Part shown: piece after piece, positions 32,000 to 41,299 of the stretch
How the letters are laid out: each line of letters begins with the position of its first letter
How positions within the stretch are numbered: position 1 is the stretch's first letter
Assembly: GCA_965242965.1 (NCBI GenBank)
Contig: OZ251518.1
Location: 3,104,001-3,168,000, forward strand
Length of the DNA: 64,000 nt
From: Candidatus Poribacteria bacterium
GTDB taxonomy: Bacteria > Poribacteria > WGA-4E > WGA-3G
Direction of reading: 5' to 3'
Notes under the pieces: model-generated
What the model saw: only the letters and a program-made list of their open reading frames with translations
Database searches by the model: none
Told to the model about the DNA's origin: nothing
Made by a program: the position numbers and the translations under genes

Positions 32000-33568
32000 T
32001 TAAAAAGTGAACGTTCGTCTCAAAATGCTCCGATGCCCCTGTTCATTTTCAAGGCGATAGATGACGGTATACACCCCCGGCATCGTCCGAAAGGCGGTGC
32101 TGTCAAGCGCAGGGTTCAGTTCTATCACCGTTGTGTCATCATCGGGAATGTCTCGATGTTCTGTGACGGGACCGAGGCATCTCTCGCCTCGCGGGTTGAG
32201 AACCTTCCATGTCAGCGTCAACCGTTTCGGACGCGGCGGATTGTTGACATACACCGTAATTTTATCCCCTTTCAGGCCTTCGTCAACGCCGAGTGTGCCG
32301 AGTTTCGAGAGCATCTTCTGCGTCAGCGTCATCGTCGGGATGTATTCAAGGTAACCTTTGCCGGGGATGGCGCGCCACGTGCCGCCTGTTGCCAAGGCGA
32401 GCTGCTTGATAGGGAGATAGTCAATCCCGATGACATCCACGCGGATTCGCTGGTGTTGGAGCGTCTCAATCACCTCGTCTAAACTGTAGCGAGAGCGGCC
32501 GTCATAATCTGCATCGTGAAACGCCGCATCGCTGGCGAGGAGGAAGAGGCGTTGCGCGCCTTGTCGGACAGGGCATTGCACAGCCGTCATGAGTGCGTCT
32601 AAACCGGCTTCTGCCAAATCACCGCCTCCCTCAACGCCTATCTGAAATAGCCAGTTGCGGAAGATGCCCGAATCATCGGTAGGCTGGCGGAGAAAATCTG
32701 TCCGCACCTTATCGCTGAAAGTGACGAGGCTGAAGGTGGCATCGTGGCCATCGTGTGCCATCGCGTCAAACAAGAACTGAACGTAGCCGCGGATGCCGCG
32801 GATATTGTCGCTCATGCTTGCCGTTTCATCGAGGATGAGGACGACATCAACTTTTTTGGCGGTGGCGGCGGCTGCGAGTTCATGCGCAATCGCTTTCATC
32901 AGCGAGTAAACACCGCCTGCGTTGGCAGAATTCGTAGCACTTCCTCCACCTCCTCCGCCGCTACTACCCCCCCAAGAGTTGCCCATTCCTGAGGTGCGGA
33001 AAACGTCGCCGCGTGTGCCGGCATAAAAGACGTTCGGCGCGCCTACCGTCGGCGAAGAGACGTTGTTAAGGGATACGCCGTCATCGCCTAATGCGATGGG
33101 TGTCGTTTCGCCGCGCGGTTCTACGTAGGCCGTGGTATGTTTCGGTGGTGGCGCGACGCGGTTGGGTTGCACGTTCACTGGGGTGGCGCGCGGTGCTCCC
33201 TCAGTAAGCGCGGGTTCCGATGCGGTGTTCGCGTCTCTGCCAATAGAATCTTCATGGGCGCGGTGGGAGGTAGCGATTTTCTCGCCGCGCCATTCAGTGT
33301 TCAAACCGGGAGCCGGTCTGGGGGCCACGGGCGTTTTCTTTACTGCCTCTGCCTCCGTAGGTTTAACATCGGGCGGTGGCACCGGCTGTTTCACGATAAG
33401 TGGGGTGACGCGGCGAATCCACGGAACGTCGAATTTGCCATCAAACGGCACCAGAATTTCCTGCTCCGGCACTAACTGCCAGATACCCAGCAGCAGCGCG
33501 ATGTGGATAAGGAGCGAGTATAGCAGATAGTGATGGGAGGTTTTTCGGTTTTTCATGATACGATGCAT
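32000..33568 (-). CDS. Membrane-anchored vWA-domain protein
   Basis: N-terminal TM with SLLIH (TonB-like anchor), a Pro/Gly-rich linker and MIDAS-like LDETASMS...GGGDLAEAGLDAL...SDA. Confidence 0.8.
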   Translation of the reverse strand: MHRIMKNRKTSHHYLLYSLLIHIALLLGIWQLVPEQEILVPFDGKFDVPWIRRVTPLIVKQPVPPPDVKPTEAEAVKKTPVAPRPAPGLNTEWRGEKIATSHRAHEDSIGRDANTASEPALTEGAPRATPVNVQPNRVAPPPKHTTAYVEPRGETTPIALGDDGVSLNNVSSPTVGAPNVFYAGTRGDVFRTSGMGNSWGGSSGGGGGGSATNSANAGGVYSLMKAIAHELAAAATAKKVDVVLILDETASMSDNIRGIRGYVQFLFDAMAHDGHDATFSLVTFSDKVRTDFLRQPTDDSGIFRNWLFQIGVEGGGDLAEAGLDALMTAVQCPVRQGAQRLFLLASDAAFHDADYDGRSRYSLDEVIETLQHQRIRVDVIGIDYLPIKQLALATGGTWRAIPGKGYLEYIPTMTLTQKMLSKLGTLGVDEGLKGDKITVYVNNPPRPKRLTLTWKVLNPRGERCLGPVTEHRDIPDDDTTVIELNPALDSTAFRTMPGVYTVIYRLENEQGHRSILRRTFTF

Positions 33569-33613
33569 CCTCGCTTGGACAGGACTTCCTTTCCGATAAC
33601 TTCGCGTTCACAT

Positions 33614-34219
33614 TTACGCTTTTTGTGACACCATGCTTGCAAGAATGCCGAGCAGTTTGTCGCACCGTTCAATTGTGTAGGTAGCCAAATCTACGTGGAG
33701 TTGCTGTCCTACGAGTTTAAGGAAGAGCCAGTCTATGCCAGTCGTGGTTGCGCCGTAAATGCACGGAATGTCGTTGCCTTTTTCGGCATTGAAGCGTTGG
33801 GCGGCCACCATCTCCGCGATGCACTGTCCGAGGCCGTCAGTAAGATTATCCCGTTTCGCCTCAACGAGGATGATGACAGGTGCCTTGAGAGAAACCTGGT
33901 CTGCCGACAGACTGACGAGGAAACCGCACACCCCGGCGAGTCCCTTTTCGTCGTCAACGTTAAAGTCAATGCCAGAAAAGAGGCTGATGCGATAGTCAAA
34001 ATGCACACAGAGTTCGACGAGTATATTGACGACAAGGAGTTCGGATTTCGCCTTTTCTGTGCCGATAGCGACGGCGAAAGGGACGTTTCGCTTCAGTCCT
34101 TCTGTGAGATATGCGCTCGGTTTCACCGGCTCAGTGTCTGAAAAGGTGCCGCGGGTTTGAACTGTTTCCAATTGAAACGTCTCGCGCACCGAGTCAAAGG
34201 TAAAGTTGCTATAGGGCAT
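33614..34219 (-). CDS. PD-(D/E)XK-like hypothetical protein (paralog of 41553-42158)
   Basis: MPYSNFT...TEKAKSE...ILVEAKRDN...GLGQCIAEM...YGATTTG..W; AAGGAG RBS. The candidate catalytic Asp is Gly here (GVCGF). Confidence 0.75.
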   Translation of the reverse strand: MPYSNFTFDSVRETFQLETVQTRGTFSDTEPVKPSAYLTEGLKRNVPFAVAIGTEKAKSELLVVNILVELCVHFDYRISLFSGIDFNVDDEKGLAGVCGFLVSLSADQVSLKAPVIILVEAKRDNLTDGLGQCIAEMVAAQRFNAEKGNDIPCIYGATTTGIDWLFLKLVGQQLHVDLATYTIERCDKLLGILASMVSQKA

Positions 34220-34292
34220 GCGCAGTTCTCCTTTGGGATAAAATACTTTGGTATTCGTCGCGGTTTGCAACCGCGCCCATGGCCGGTACCAG

Positions 34293-34561
34293 TTATTGCG
34301 GTGGTGCCGGTGGCGTGCTTGATGGCGGCGGTTCCTTGAAGGGTTGTCCTTTCGCGGCTGCTTGCAGTCGCCGTTGATTCCACGCTGTCCACTCCCGGTC
34401 GCGCTCGGCGATGCCCTGGGCGATGCCTTGGCTTTCCCTTCGGCGATGCCTTGGGCTCTCCCTTCGGCTTTCCCCTGGGCGATGCCTTGGGCTCTCCCTT
34501 CGGCTTTCCCCTGGGCAATACGCTGTGCGCGTTCCTCCATGAACATTTGATACTTAATCAT
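34293..34561 (-). pseudogene. Stand-alone duplicate of the C-terminal module of 34638-35114, with a 1-nt frameshift
   Basis: AGGAGG-7-ATG MIKYQMFMEERAQRIAQGKAEG...; one base is missing near 34430; the corrected frame ends ...EWTAWNQRRLQAAAKGQPFKEPPPSSTPPAPPQ*. Confidence 0.75.
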
Positions 34562-34637
34562 CAGCCAGCCTCCTATTTCAAAACCAAATAATTTGGTATT
34601 GGGCGCGGTTTGCAACCGCGCCTCTAGCCGGTGCGTG

Positions 34638-35114
34638 CTATTGCGGTGGTGCCGGTGGCGTGTTTGATGGCGGCGGTTCCTCGAAGGGTTGTCCTTTCGC
34701 GGCTGCGTCCAGTCGCCGTTCATTCCACGCTGTCCACTCCCTGTCGCGCTCGACAATGCCTTCGGTTTTTCCCTCGGCTTTTCCTTCGGCTTTCCCCTCG
34801 GCTTTGCCCTGGGCGATGCCTTCGGCTTTTGCCTTGGCAATGCGTTGCGCGCGTTCATCCATGAACATTCGATACTTAATCATTAGCCAGCCTCCTATTT
34901 CAAAACCAACCATCGTCAAGAAGAAGGCATACGGCAGGCAGTTCGTCATATGTCCGACGATGGCGATGCACGTTTCCGTAAAACCTTTCCCTTGCTCAAT
35001 TTCATACCATCCTACGAGGATGTTGTAAGCGATAACCAATGCCGAGAATACGAAAATGCCCGGCTTCTCCCAAACTTGCCTGAGGCTCAAGAGGGATATC
35101 CGCTGTTCTTTCAC
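34638..35114 (-). CDS. 2-TM family protein with internal RBS/ATG (34883) and a GKAE-repeat tail
   Basis: GTG start after AAGGAG, two hydrophobic helices, (G/A)KAEG repeats and the tail WTAWNERRLDAAAKGQPFEEPPP. Confidence 0.75.
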   Translation of the reverse strand: MKEQRISLLSLRQVWEKPGIFVFSALVIAYNILVGWYEIEQGKGFTETCIAIVGHMTNCLPYAFFLTMVGFEIGGWLMIKYRMFMDERAQRIAKAKAEGIAQGKAEGKAEGKAEGKTEGIVERDREWTAWNERRLDAAAKGQPFEEPPPSNTPPAPPQ

Positions 35115-35255
35115 TAAAACTCTCCTTATTATATTATAGCATATTCTGCAGGATTCATGCAAGACGGTTCTGACTTTTTTCAGGACAATTCAATTGCGCT
35201 GCCCCGCGCTCAAACAGGTTGGGACAGCTGCGAATTTCCACAGAATCTTGTGTTT

Positions 35256-36203
35256 CTACAAATGAAATTCGACTACGTCTCCATCGTAAATGACCTGGGT
35301 GCGGCTAACAGGTTGCCCATCGTGCCAGTGCGCGCCCCAGATTCGTGCGAGTCGGAATTCGGCGAAATCTTTGTGCAGCCCAGTGGCGGCATCCAGCACC
35401 GTCGCGCCAATGGGGAGGACAATCGGAGCATCGCGTTCGACCGGTTTGCCGGGTGCTTTCGGATAGACTCGCAGGATGTTTAGCGCGCCGTATAACGCTT
35501 TTAACAACTCCGCTTTGCCCTCGCCAGTTTGGGCAGAAATCGGGTAGAGCTGCACCGATTGTCCGTAAAACTCCGAGAGAATCTCCAACCGTGCATCGGC
35601 ATCGACTGCGTCTAACTGATTGGCAACGACGAGCGGTTTTTCTTCGCGCTGTCCTGCTTCGTCTAGCACGGCAAGCACCATCTCCAAGTCGTCAAGCAGT
35701 TCATCGCTGGCGAGGCTGAGAACAGTCAGCACCAACTCGGCGTTTCGGACGAGCGTCATCACCGTCGACGAGACGAAATCTGGCATGAGTGACGGCGTGT
35801 CGATGAGTTGGAATTGGATGTTTTCGTAAGGGAGCATCCCGACGAGCGGTGCGGTTGTCGTGTAAGGCGTGGGGGAAACGACGGGTTTCGCTTTCGTGAA
35901 AGCAGCGAGTATCTGCGATTTGCCGCTGTTCGGTGGCCCGAGCAACACGATTTGTCCGGCACCTTGTTTGGGGATGTGTTCGCTATATCCCTTCCGCGCG
36001 CCTTTTTTACCGCCGGTTGCGGCCGCGCCTTTTTTGATTCGGGCGATGCGCCGACGTAGATCAGCGACAACCTTCTCTGAGCCTTTGTGCTTGGGAACGA
36101 TGCGCAGCATTTCCTCAAGGAGAACGAGACGTTCCGCGTCGGTTTTCGCCGCTTCGTGCTCATGTTTGAGTTTGTAATATGGCGGTGGCAGATTTGCAGG
36201 CAT
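35256..36203 (-). CDS. DRG/OBG-like GTP-binding protein with a TGS domain
   Basis: MPANLPP...PKHKG, GPPNSGKS, YTT, DTP and a C-terminal TGS domain (LHKDFA...ARIWG...DGDVVEFH). Confidence 0.88.
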   Translation of the reverse strand: MPANLPPPYYKLKHEHEAAKTDAERLVLLEEMLRIVPKHKGSEKVVADLRRRIARIKKGAAATGGKKGARKGYSEHIPKQGAGQIVLLGPPNSGKSQILAAFTKAKPVVSPTPYTTTAPLVGMLPYENIQFQLIDTPSLMPDFVSSTVMTLVRNAELVLTVLSLASDELLDDLEMVLAVLDEAGQREEKPLVVANQLDAVDADARLEILSEFYGQSVQLYPISAQTGEGKAELLKALYGALNILRVYPKAPGKPVERDAPIVLPIGATVLDAATGLHKDFAEFRLARIWGAHWHDGQPVSRTQVIYDGDVVEFHL

Positions 36204-36226
36204 GGTGTGCCTCCGAATTTTGGGGT

Positions 36227-36601
36227 TTAGGAATCGCGGGCTTCTAACTTCTGAATCAGCATATCAATCTGCTGTTGTTGCGCGGCAATTTGTTTTTGCT
36301 GCGCGTCAATTTGCTGTTGTTGCGCGATGAGCTCCTCGCGTGCGGTGGATTCCCTTTTCCACTCCTTTACGATGAGCGCGAGAGGAATACCGACGGTAGC
36401 AGCGACAAACGCGAGCAGTACCAAGGTCATCGCAAAATCCCGGTCCTGCTGTCTCTCAATAGCCACGAGTTCCGCACGCAACCGGTTTTCAGATTCTCTG
36501 ACAATTTCACGGATTTTGTTGAAGTCTTCGACATCCAATGCGCCGAATGCCGAAGTGCTGATGAGAAGTAAACCGATGAGTAAACTGAGTCCAAGTTTCA
36601 T
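36227..36601 (-). CDS. Signal peptide - coiled coil - TM - Q-rich coil protein, paralog 3
   Basis: MKLGLSLLIGLLLISTSAFG; AAGGAG RBS; tandem paralog. Confidence 0.75.
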   Translation of the reverse strand: MKLGLSLLIGLLLISTSAFGALDVEDFNKIREIVRESENRLRAELVAIERQQDRDFAMTLVLLAFVAATVGIPLALIVKEWKRESTAREELIAQQQQIDAQQKQIAAQQQQIDMLIQKLEARDS

Positions 36602-36665
36602 GTGTGTCTCCTTTGGTAGGGCACTGCGTGAGGTTGCGGTGCCCTATGAGTTTGCGTTGCACGCT

Positions 36666-37067
36666 CTATCGGAACATGCTGTGCTGTTTGAGCGTATCTA
36701 GTTCGCGGTTCATGCCTTCAATCTGCTGTTGCAGCGTCTCGATCACGCGTTGTTGCTCTTGGAGTTGCTGCTGTTGTGCGTTGTGCTGTTTGTCCCTGTC
36801 GCGCTCTTTGCGTGCCTGTAACATCGTCAGTGTCAGGGGGATACCGATGATAACGGCGATAAACCCGAAAAGGGCAACGAACAGCGTTAAGTTCCGGTCC
36901 AACTGCTTACTCGTCCGAGCCTCGGATGCGGCATTTTCCGCGCGCAGCCGGTCTTCAGATTCTTTGACGATTTCACGGATTTTCTCCAGATCATCCACAC
37001 TGAGTGCGCCGAATGCCGAAGTGCTAATGAGGAATAAGCCGATGAGTAAACTAATGCCAACTTTCAT
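36666..37067 (-). CDS. Signal peptide - coiled coil - TM - Q-rich coil protein, paralog 2
   Basis: MKVGISLLIGLFLISTSAFG; shortest extracellular coil. Confidence 0.75.
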   Translation of the reverse strand: MKVGISLLIGLFLISTSAFGALSVDDLEKIREIVKESEDRLRAENAASEARTSKQLDRNLTLFVALFGFIAVIIGIPLTLTMLQARKERDRDKQHNAQQQQLQEQQRVIETLQQQIEGMNRELDTLKQHSMFR

Positions 37068-37131
37068 GTGTGTCTCCTTTGGCAGGGCACTGCGTGAGGC
37101 TGCGGTGCCCTGTGAGTTTGCGTTGCACGCT

Positions 37132-37674
37132 CTATCGGAACATGCTGTGCTGTTTGAGCGTATCTAGTTCGTGGTTCATGCCTTCGAGCTGCTGTTGCAG
37201 TGCTGCAATCACCTGTTGTTGTTCGTGGAGTTGCTGTTGTTGCTCCTGAATCTGCTGTTGTTGTGCGTTATGCTGTTTGTCCCTGTCGCGCTCTTTGCGT
37301 GCCTGTGACATCACCAGTGTCAGGGGGATGCCGATGACCACGGCGATAAACCCGAAGAGGGCGACAAGCATCGTGAAGTTCCGATCCAGCTGCTTATTCG
37401 TCCGAGTCTCGGATGCAGTGTTCTCTGAATGGAGTTGTTCTTCCACGGCGACAATCTCCGTACGTACGAGTGCAATCTCCGCGCGCAGCCGTGTTTCCAC
37501 AGCCATAATCTCCGCGCGCAACCGCTTTTCCACAGCCACGAGTTCCGCATGCAACCTATCTTCGGATTCCTTAAAAATGCCGCGGATTTTTTCCAAATCT
37601 TCGGTATCCAATGCGCCGAATGCCGAAGTGCTGATGAGGAGTAGACCGATGAGTAAACTAATGCCGATTTTCAT
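37132..37674 (-). CDS. Signal peptide - coiled coil - TM - Q-rich coil protein, paralog 1
   Basis: MKIGISLLIGLLLISTSAFG after AAGGAGG; 11-aa repeats (RLRAEI.AVE.). Confidence 0.75.
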   Translation of the reverse strand: MKIGISLLIGLLLISTSAFGALDTEDLEKIRGIFKESEDRLHAELVAVEKRLRAEIMAVETRLRAEIALVRTEIVAVEEQLHSENTASETRTNKQLDRNFTMLVALFGFIAVVIGIPLTLVMSQARKERDRDKQHNAQQQQIQEQQQQLHEQQQVIAALQQQLEGMNHELDTLKQHSMFR

Positions 37675-37784
37675 GTGTGCCTCCTTTTGAATTAATATGA
37701 TTTTAGTATAACATATATTTCCGCGCGTTGCAAGCAAATATTGCAATCTCTTCTGAAATCGGTTAGAATGACTGTCTGAAAGCC

Positions 37785-37990
37785 GGAGTTGGAGCAGGAT
37801 TTACAAGATTTGCAAGAGATGAGCAGGATTTCCACGATTATCACGATTATCACGATTTTTGGTTTCTGATGCATCGAATACCCCGTGGCCTGCCAAAACA
37901 GTGCTAGTGCGTCAGAGCCCTCATCCTGAAAATCTTGGAAATCCTGAAAATCCTGCTCCGGATTTACAAGATTATCACGATGAGCAAGAG
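37785..37990. repeat. 9-bp-period caggattt/cacgatta repeat element with a central palindrome
   Basis: gagcaggatttacaagatttgcaag...acgattatcacgattatcacgatt...aatcttggaaatcctgaaaatcctgctcc; same family as 49837-50622. Confidence 0.75.
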
Positions 37991-38036
37991 GGAGTTTGAC
38001 GTTACGCATGGGAAAGGATACGAAAAAATAAAACTT

Positions 38037-39641
38037 ATGCCAAGGAAAATTAGTTACGCAATTTTTGTCTTCATGTTTATAGCCGCCAGCACCGGTTGGG
38101 GGGAACGGGGGGATGAACTGCTCTCTCTCGTGCAGTCGGCGGCACTGGAGGCGCATGTCCTCACGCTGCAGGAAAACGTGCGGCAGTTTCCCTATCCGCT
38201 CGCTTATCGGACACGCAGCGCACACCATCGGGAGGCAACTGATAATGTGGTGCGTTATCTTATCAGCCAGTTTCGGCGCGCGCCGCGGTTGGAAGTCAGT
38301 GAGCAGGTTGTCGGAGGGATACGGAATGTGGTGGCGGTGTTGCCGTCCGTAAATCGAGACCGGGAGGGTGAAAATCGAGCCCGGGAGGTCTCTCCTACTG
38401 ATGCAAATCAAGACCGGGTTTTTGTTATCTGTGCGCATTATGATACGCAGGCAAGCCGCGATGCAGGCTGGAATCCCCTCGCATCAGGCGCGCCGGGGGC
38501 AAATAAGAACGGCACAGGCATCGCAACGCTGTTGGAAATTGCGTATCTGCTGAGTCAATATGAATACGAACACGAACTCCGGTTCATTGCGTTGGGCGGC
38601 GAGGAACTCGGGTTTCTGGGGAGCCGGAATTATGTGAAAGCAGCGGCGAGAGAAGCACGCTTGGAAAGCGGACTAACCACAAGCACCAACATCGCCGCAG
38701 TTTTTAACCTTGATATGCTTGGGTTCAATTGGAAGAACGATTTGGTTGAGGTGATCACGAACAAGGATTCGGCGTGGATGAGCCGCGCGCTGACGATTGC
38801 TAATACGTGGTTTGACATCGGGCTCAAAATCCGCCGAACGCAAGACGAATTTGTCGATATTTCCTCGCATAAGCCGTTCTGGGATGCGGGTTACAATGCG
38901 GTTACGCTTATTGAGAGCTCCACACCGTGGCGCGACTCGCAGAACTACGATGCCAATCCGTTCTATCGGACATCCCGTGATACCGCCGATAAGGTGAACT
39001 TTGAATTGGTGCGGAAGGTCGCGCAACTGGTGCTAGTGACGGTGGATAGCCTGCTCACGGATATGTTCCAACCGACGCGGTGGATGCCGAAGATTACGGT
39101 TGAAATCGCGCGCGAACAGCGAGTAACTCCCGTTGAAGTGCGCGGCACGTTTGATGCGGATTTCCCTATCGACATCATCGTGCATCCGAGTCGGGTGACA
39201 GCCGAAATAGACAGAGAGACGCGCACCTATTCGGCGATGGTGCCGTTGGCACCGGGGGAGAATGCATTGCGAGTGACAGCGCGGTATCCCCTCGGGGCAA
39301 CATCGGTGGCACAGCAAGTCTTTTTGGAACAGCCGTTCGCGTGGGAGGAGGTGGTGGTATTCCCGAACCCTGCGCGCGACGATGCGCTCACGGAATTCCG
39401 CGTGCAAGCGAACATCGCGATGAACGCAATGGAGGTAGCGGTTTACGATGCACACGGCAATCTGATTAAGCGCATCGAAGGTGTGGCGGACAGGCTTGAC
39501 AGGCGTGTCTGGCGGACATGGTGGAATCAGCGGACATCGTATGGGTTGGCGGTTTCGGCGGGGATGTATGTCTGTTATATCTCGGTAGTTGCGAACGGCG
39601 AGAGGTATGGGTATGTGGAAAAGTTGGGGATTTTGCGGTGA
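38037..39641 (+). CDS. Secreted M28-fold peptidase-like protein with a C-terminal Ig/FlgD-like domain
   Basis: AHYD, GEELGFLGS and NLDM; C-terminal VFPNP...VYDAHGNLIK...W...GMY. Two expected metal ligands are substituted. Start uncertain. Confidence 0.8.
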   Translation: MPRKISYAIFVFMFIAASTGWGERGDELLSLVQSAALEAHVLTLQENVRQFPYPLAYRTRSAHHREATDNVVRYLISQFRRAPRLEVSEQVVGGIRNVVAVLPSVNRDREGENRAREVSPTDANQDRVFVICAHYDTQASRDAGWNPLASGAPGANKNGTGIATLLEIAYLLSQYEYEHELRFIALGGEELGFLGSRNYVKAAAREARLESGLTTSTNIAAVFNLDMLGFNWKNDLVEVITNKDSAWMSRALTIANTWFDIGLKIRRTQDEFVDISSHKPFWDAGYNAVTLIESSTPWRDSQNYDANPFYRTSRDTADKVNFELVRKVAQLVLVTVDSLLTDMFQPTRWMPKITVEIAREQRVTPVEVRGTFDADFPIDIIVHPSRVTAEIDRETRTYSAMVPLAPGENALRVTARYPLGATSVAQQVFLEQPFAWEEVVVFPNPARDDALTEFRVQANIAMNAMEVAVYDAHGNLIKRIEGVADRLDRRVWRTWWNQRTSYGLAVSAGMYVCYISVVANGERYGYVEKLGILR

Positions 39642-39731
39642 GTTGCCGCTGGCGGATAGAGGCATCACGGCACGATTAAAAAACGCGCGGGCCATCCTGA
39701 TGAATGGCCCGTGCAGTTCGTTTCCAACCCG

Positions 39732-40100
39732 CTAAGGCGCGGTGGAAACTCGTTCTAATTCAACGGTGCGCGTTACGAAATTGACCTGAAGCCGATAGTC
39801 GCGCAATAAATTCGTCCCAAGCAGAATTTGACTATCTGGGGCGAATGTCGCCCGCGCCCGAATGACTTCGCCATCAAAAGGAAATTCCACTAAATGGACA
39901 TCTTCTTCAATGGTTTGGCCCCCGGCTAACGCAAACTTGGTGAGACCGGCGTAACCGACAATGTTCACCGATGCGCGGAGTGCTTCCGGTAATTCCAAAT
40001 CGCCGTTGAATCCGGTATCAATGGTGGCCGGCCATTCTTGATTGGCAATTGGGAGGAGAATCGTCGGCACACCCTGTGGTGAAACGACTCCCTGAATCAC
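39732..40100 (-). CDS. Clan AA (retropepsin-like) aspartic protease
   Basis: ATIDTGFNG and ILLGTNLL; GTG start overlaps the upstream stop (GTGA). Confidence 0.85.
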   Translation of the reverse strand: MIQGVVSPQGVPTILLPIANQEWPATIDTGFNGDLELPEALRASVNIVGYAGLTKFALAGGQTIEEDVHLVEFPFDGEVIRARATFAPDSQILLGTNLLRDYRLQVNFVTRTVELERVSTAP

Positions 40101-40348
40101 CGTCGGCCCCCTTTCAGAAAATAGGTTTCATGCCCGACGCGTTCAAAGAAAAGCGGATTCTTCAAGCCTACAGCCGCGCGTTGGTCGACGACATCTTCAA
40201 TCGACTCCCCGAACCAAATGCGTCCGGTTTTGGGATCGATGCCGGCGGTTTGTCCATACCGCTCTGATAGGTCATGTTCTTGCTGATAGTCTGCCCAGAT
40301 CTGCTTGCATTTAGCAGAATCCCCTGGACCCCATCTCGGGTCTCTCAT
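40097..40348 (-). CDS. Small protease-partner protein (DUF5678-like), copy 1
   Basis: MRDPRW...YGQTAGIDPKTGRIWFGES...FERVG; translationally coupled to the protease. Confidence 0.75.
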   Translation of the reverse strand: MRDPRWGPGDSAKCKQIWADYQQEHDLSERYGQTAGIDPKTGRIWFGESIEDVVDQRAAVGLKNPLFFERVGHETYFLKGGRR

Positions 40349-40512
40349 GAGAAATCCCTCCTTCAATTTGAGTTAATAAATAGGATACCATCTTTTCTAC
40401 CGTTTGTCAAGAAAAAATGGATAGCGCGCGGTTTTCCTTTTCAACGGTTCGCGTTACGAAATTAACCTGAAGCCGATAGTCGCGCAGCAGATGCGTCCCG
40501 AGCAGAATCTCA

Positions 40513-40776
40513 CTATCTGCGCCGAACGCCGCCTCTGCCTCTGATATAATAGGTTTCATGCCCGACGCGTTCAAAGAAAATCGGATTCTTCAAGCCTTCA
40601 GCCGCGCGTTGCTTGACGACATCTTTCATTGACTCCCCGAACCAGATGCGTCCGGTTTTGGGATCGATGCCGGCCGTCTGTCCATACCGCTCTGATAGGT
40701 CATGTTCTTGCTGATAGTCGTCCCAGATCTGCTTGCATTTAGCAGAATCGGCGGGATCCCATCTCGGTTCTTTCAT
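40513..40776 (-). CDS. Small protease-partner protein, copy 2 (followed only by a 3' remnant of the protease)
   Basis: Near-identical to copy 1. Segment 40442-40530 matches the protease 3' end at 39760-39850. Confidence 0.75.
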   Translation of the reverse strand: MKEPRWDPADSAKCKQIWDDYQQEHDLSERYGQTAGIDPKTGRIWFGESMKDVVKQRAAEGLKNPIFFERVGHETYYIRGRGGVRRR

Positions 40777-40999
40777 TGTTAAATACCTCCGTTTTATGAG
40801 CAGGATTATCACGATTATACAAGATTTACCAAGATTATCGTGATTATCGTTCTGTATTCAAACTCTGCCTGTGGTGGGCCACAGGCGGTTGAATACGAAC
40901 GTATAAATAGGATACCATCTTTGCTAGCATTTGTCAAGGAAAAATGGATAGCGCGTTTTTCCCTTGATCAACGGTGGCCAACGACGCTTGACGAGGAAC

Positions 41000-41299
41000 T
41001 CACACCTGAATTGTTGGCACCCCGGCCTCCGAAACCTTTCCCTGAATCACCGAACGGCCCTTCTTGAGAAAATAGGTTTCATGCCCGACGCGCTGCCAGT
41101 ACATGGGTGACTTCAACCCTTCTGCCTCGCGTTGCGTCAGAACATCTTCAATGGACTCGCCGAACCAGATGCGTCCGGTTTTGGGATCAATGGCTGCTGT
41201 CTGTCCATGCCGCGCGGAGAGGTCATGTTCTTTTTGATACGCCTCCCAGATCTGCTTGCATTTGACAGAATCGGCGGGATCCCATCTCGGGTCTCTCAT
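41000..41299 (-). CDS. Small protease-partner protein, copy 3, fused to a protease N-terminal remnant
   Basis: Ends ...KKGRSVIQGKVSEAGVPTIQV*, compared with the protease start VIQGVVSPQGVPTILL. Confidence 0.7.
   Translation of the reverse strand: MRDPRWDPADSVKCKQIWEAYQKEHDLSARHGQTAAIDPKTGRIWFGESIEDVLTQREAEGLKSPMYWQRVGHETYFLKKGRSVIQGKVSEAGVPTIQV

Noticed and set aside
33614-34858. 414-aa ORF in the ORF track
   Set aside because: Chimeric frame: an off-frame part of the 2-TM gene, plus the frameshifted duplicate, plus a separate 201-aa gene with its own RBS at 34219.
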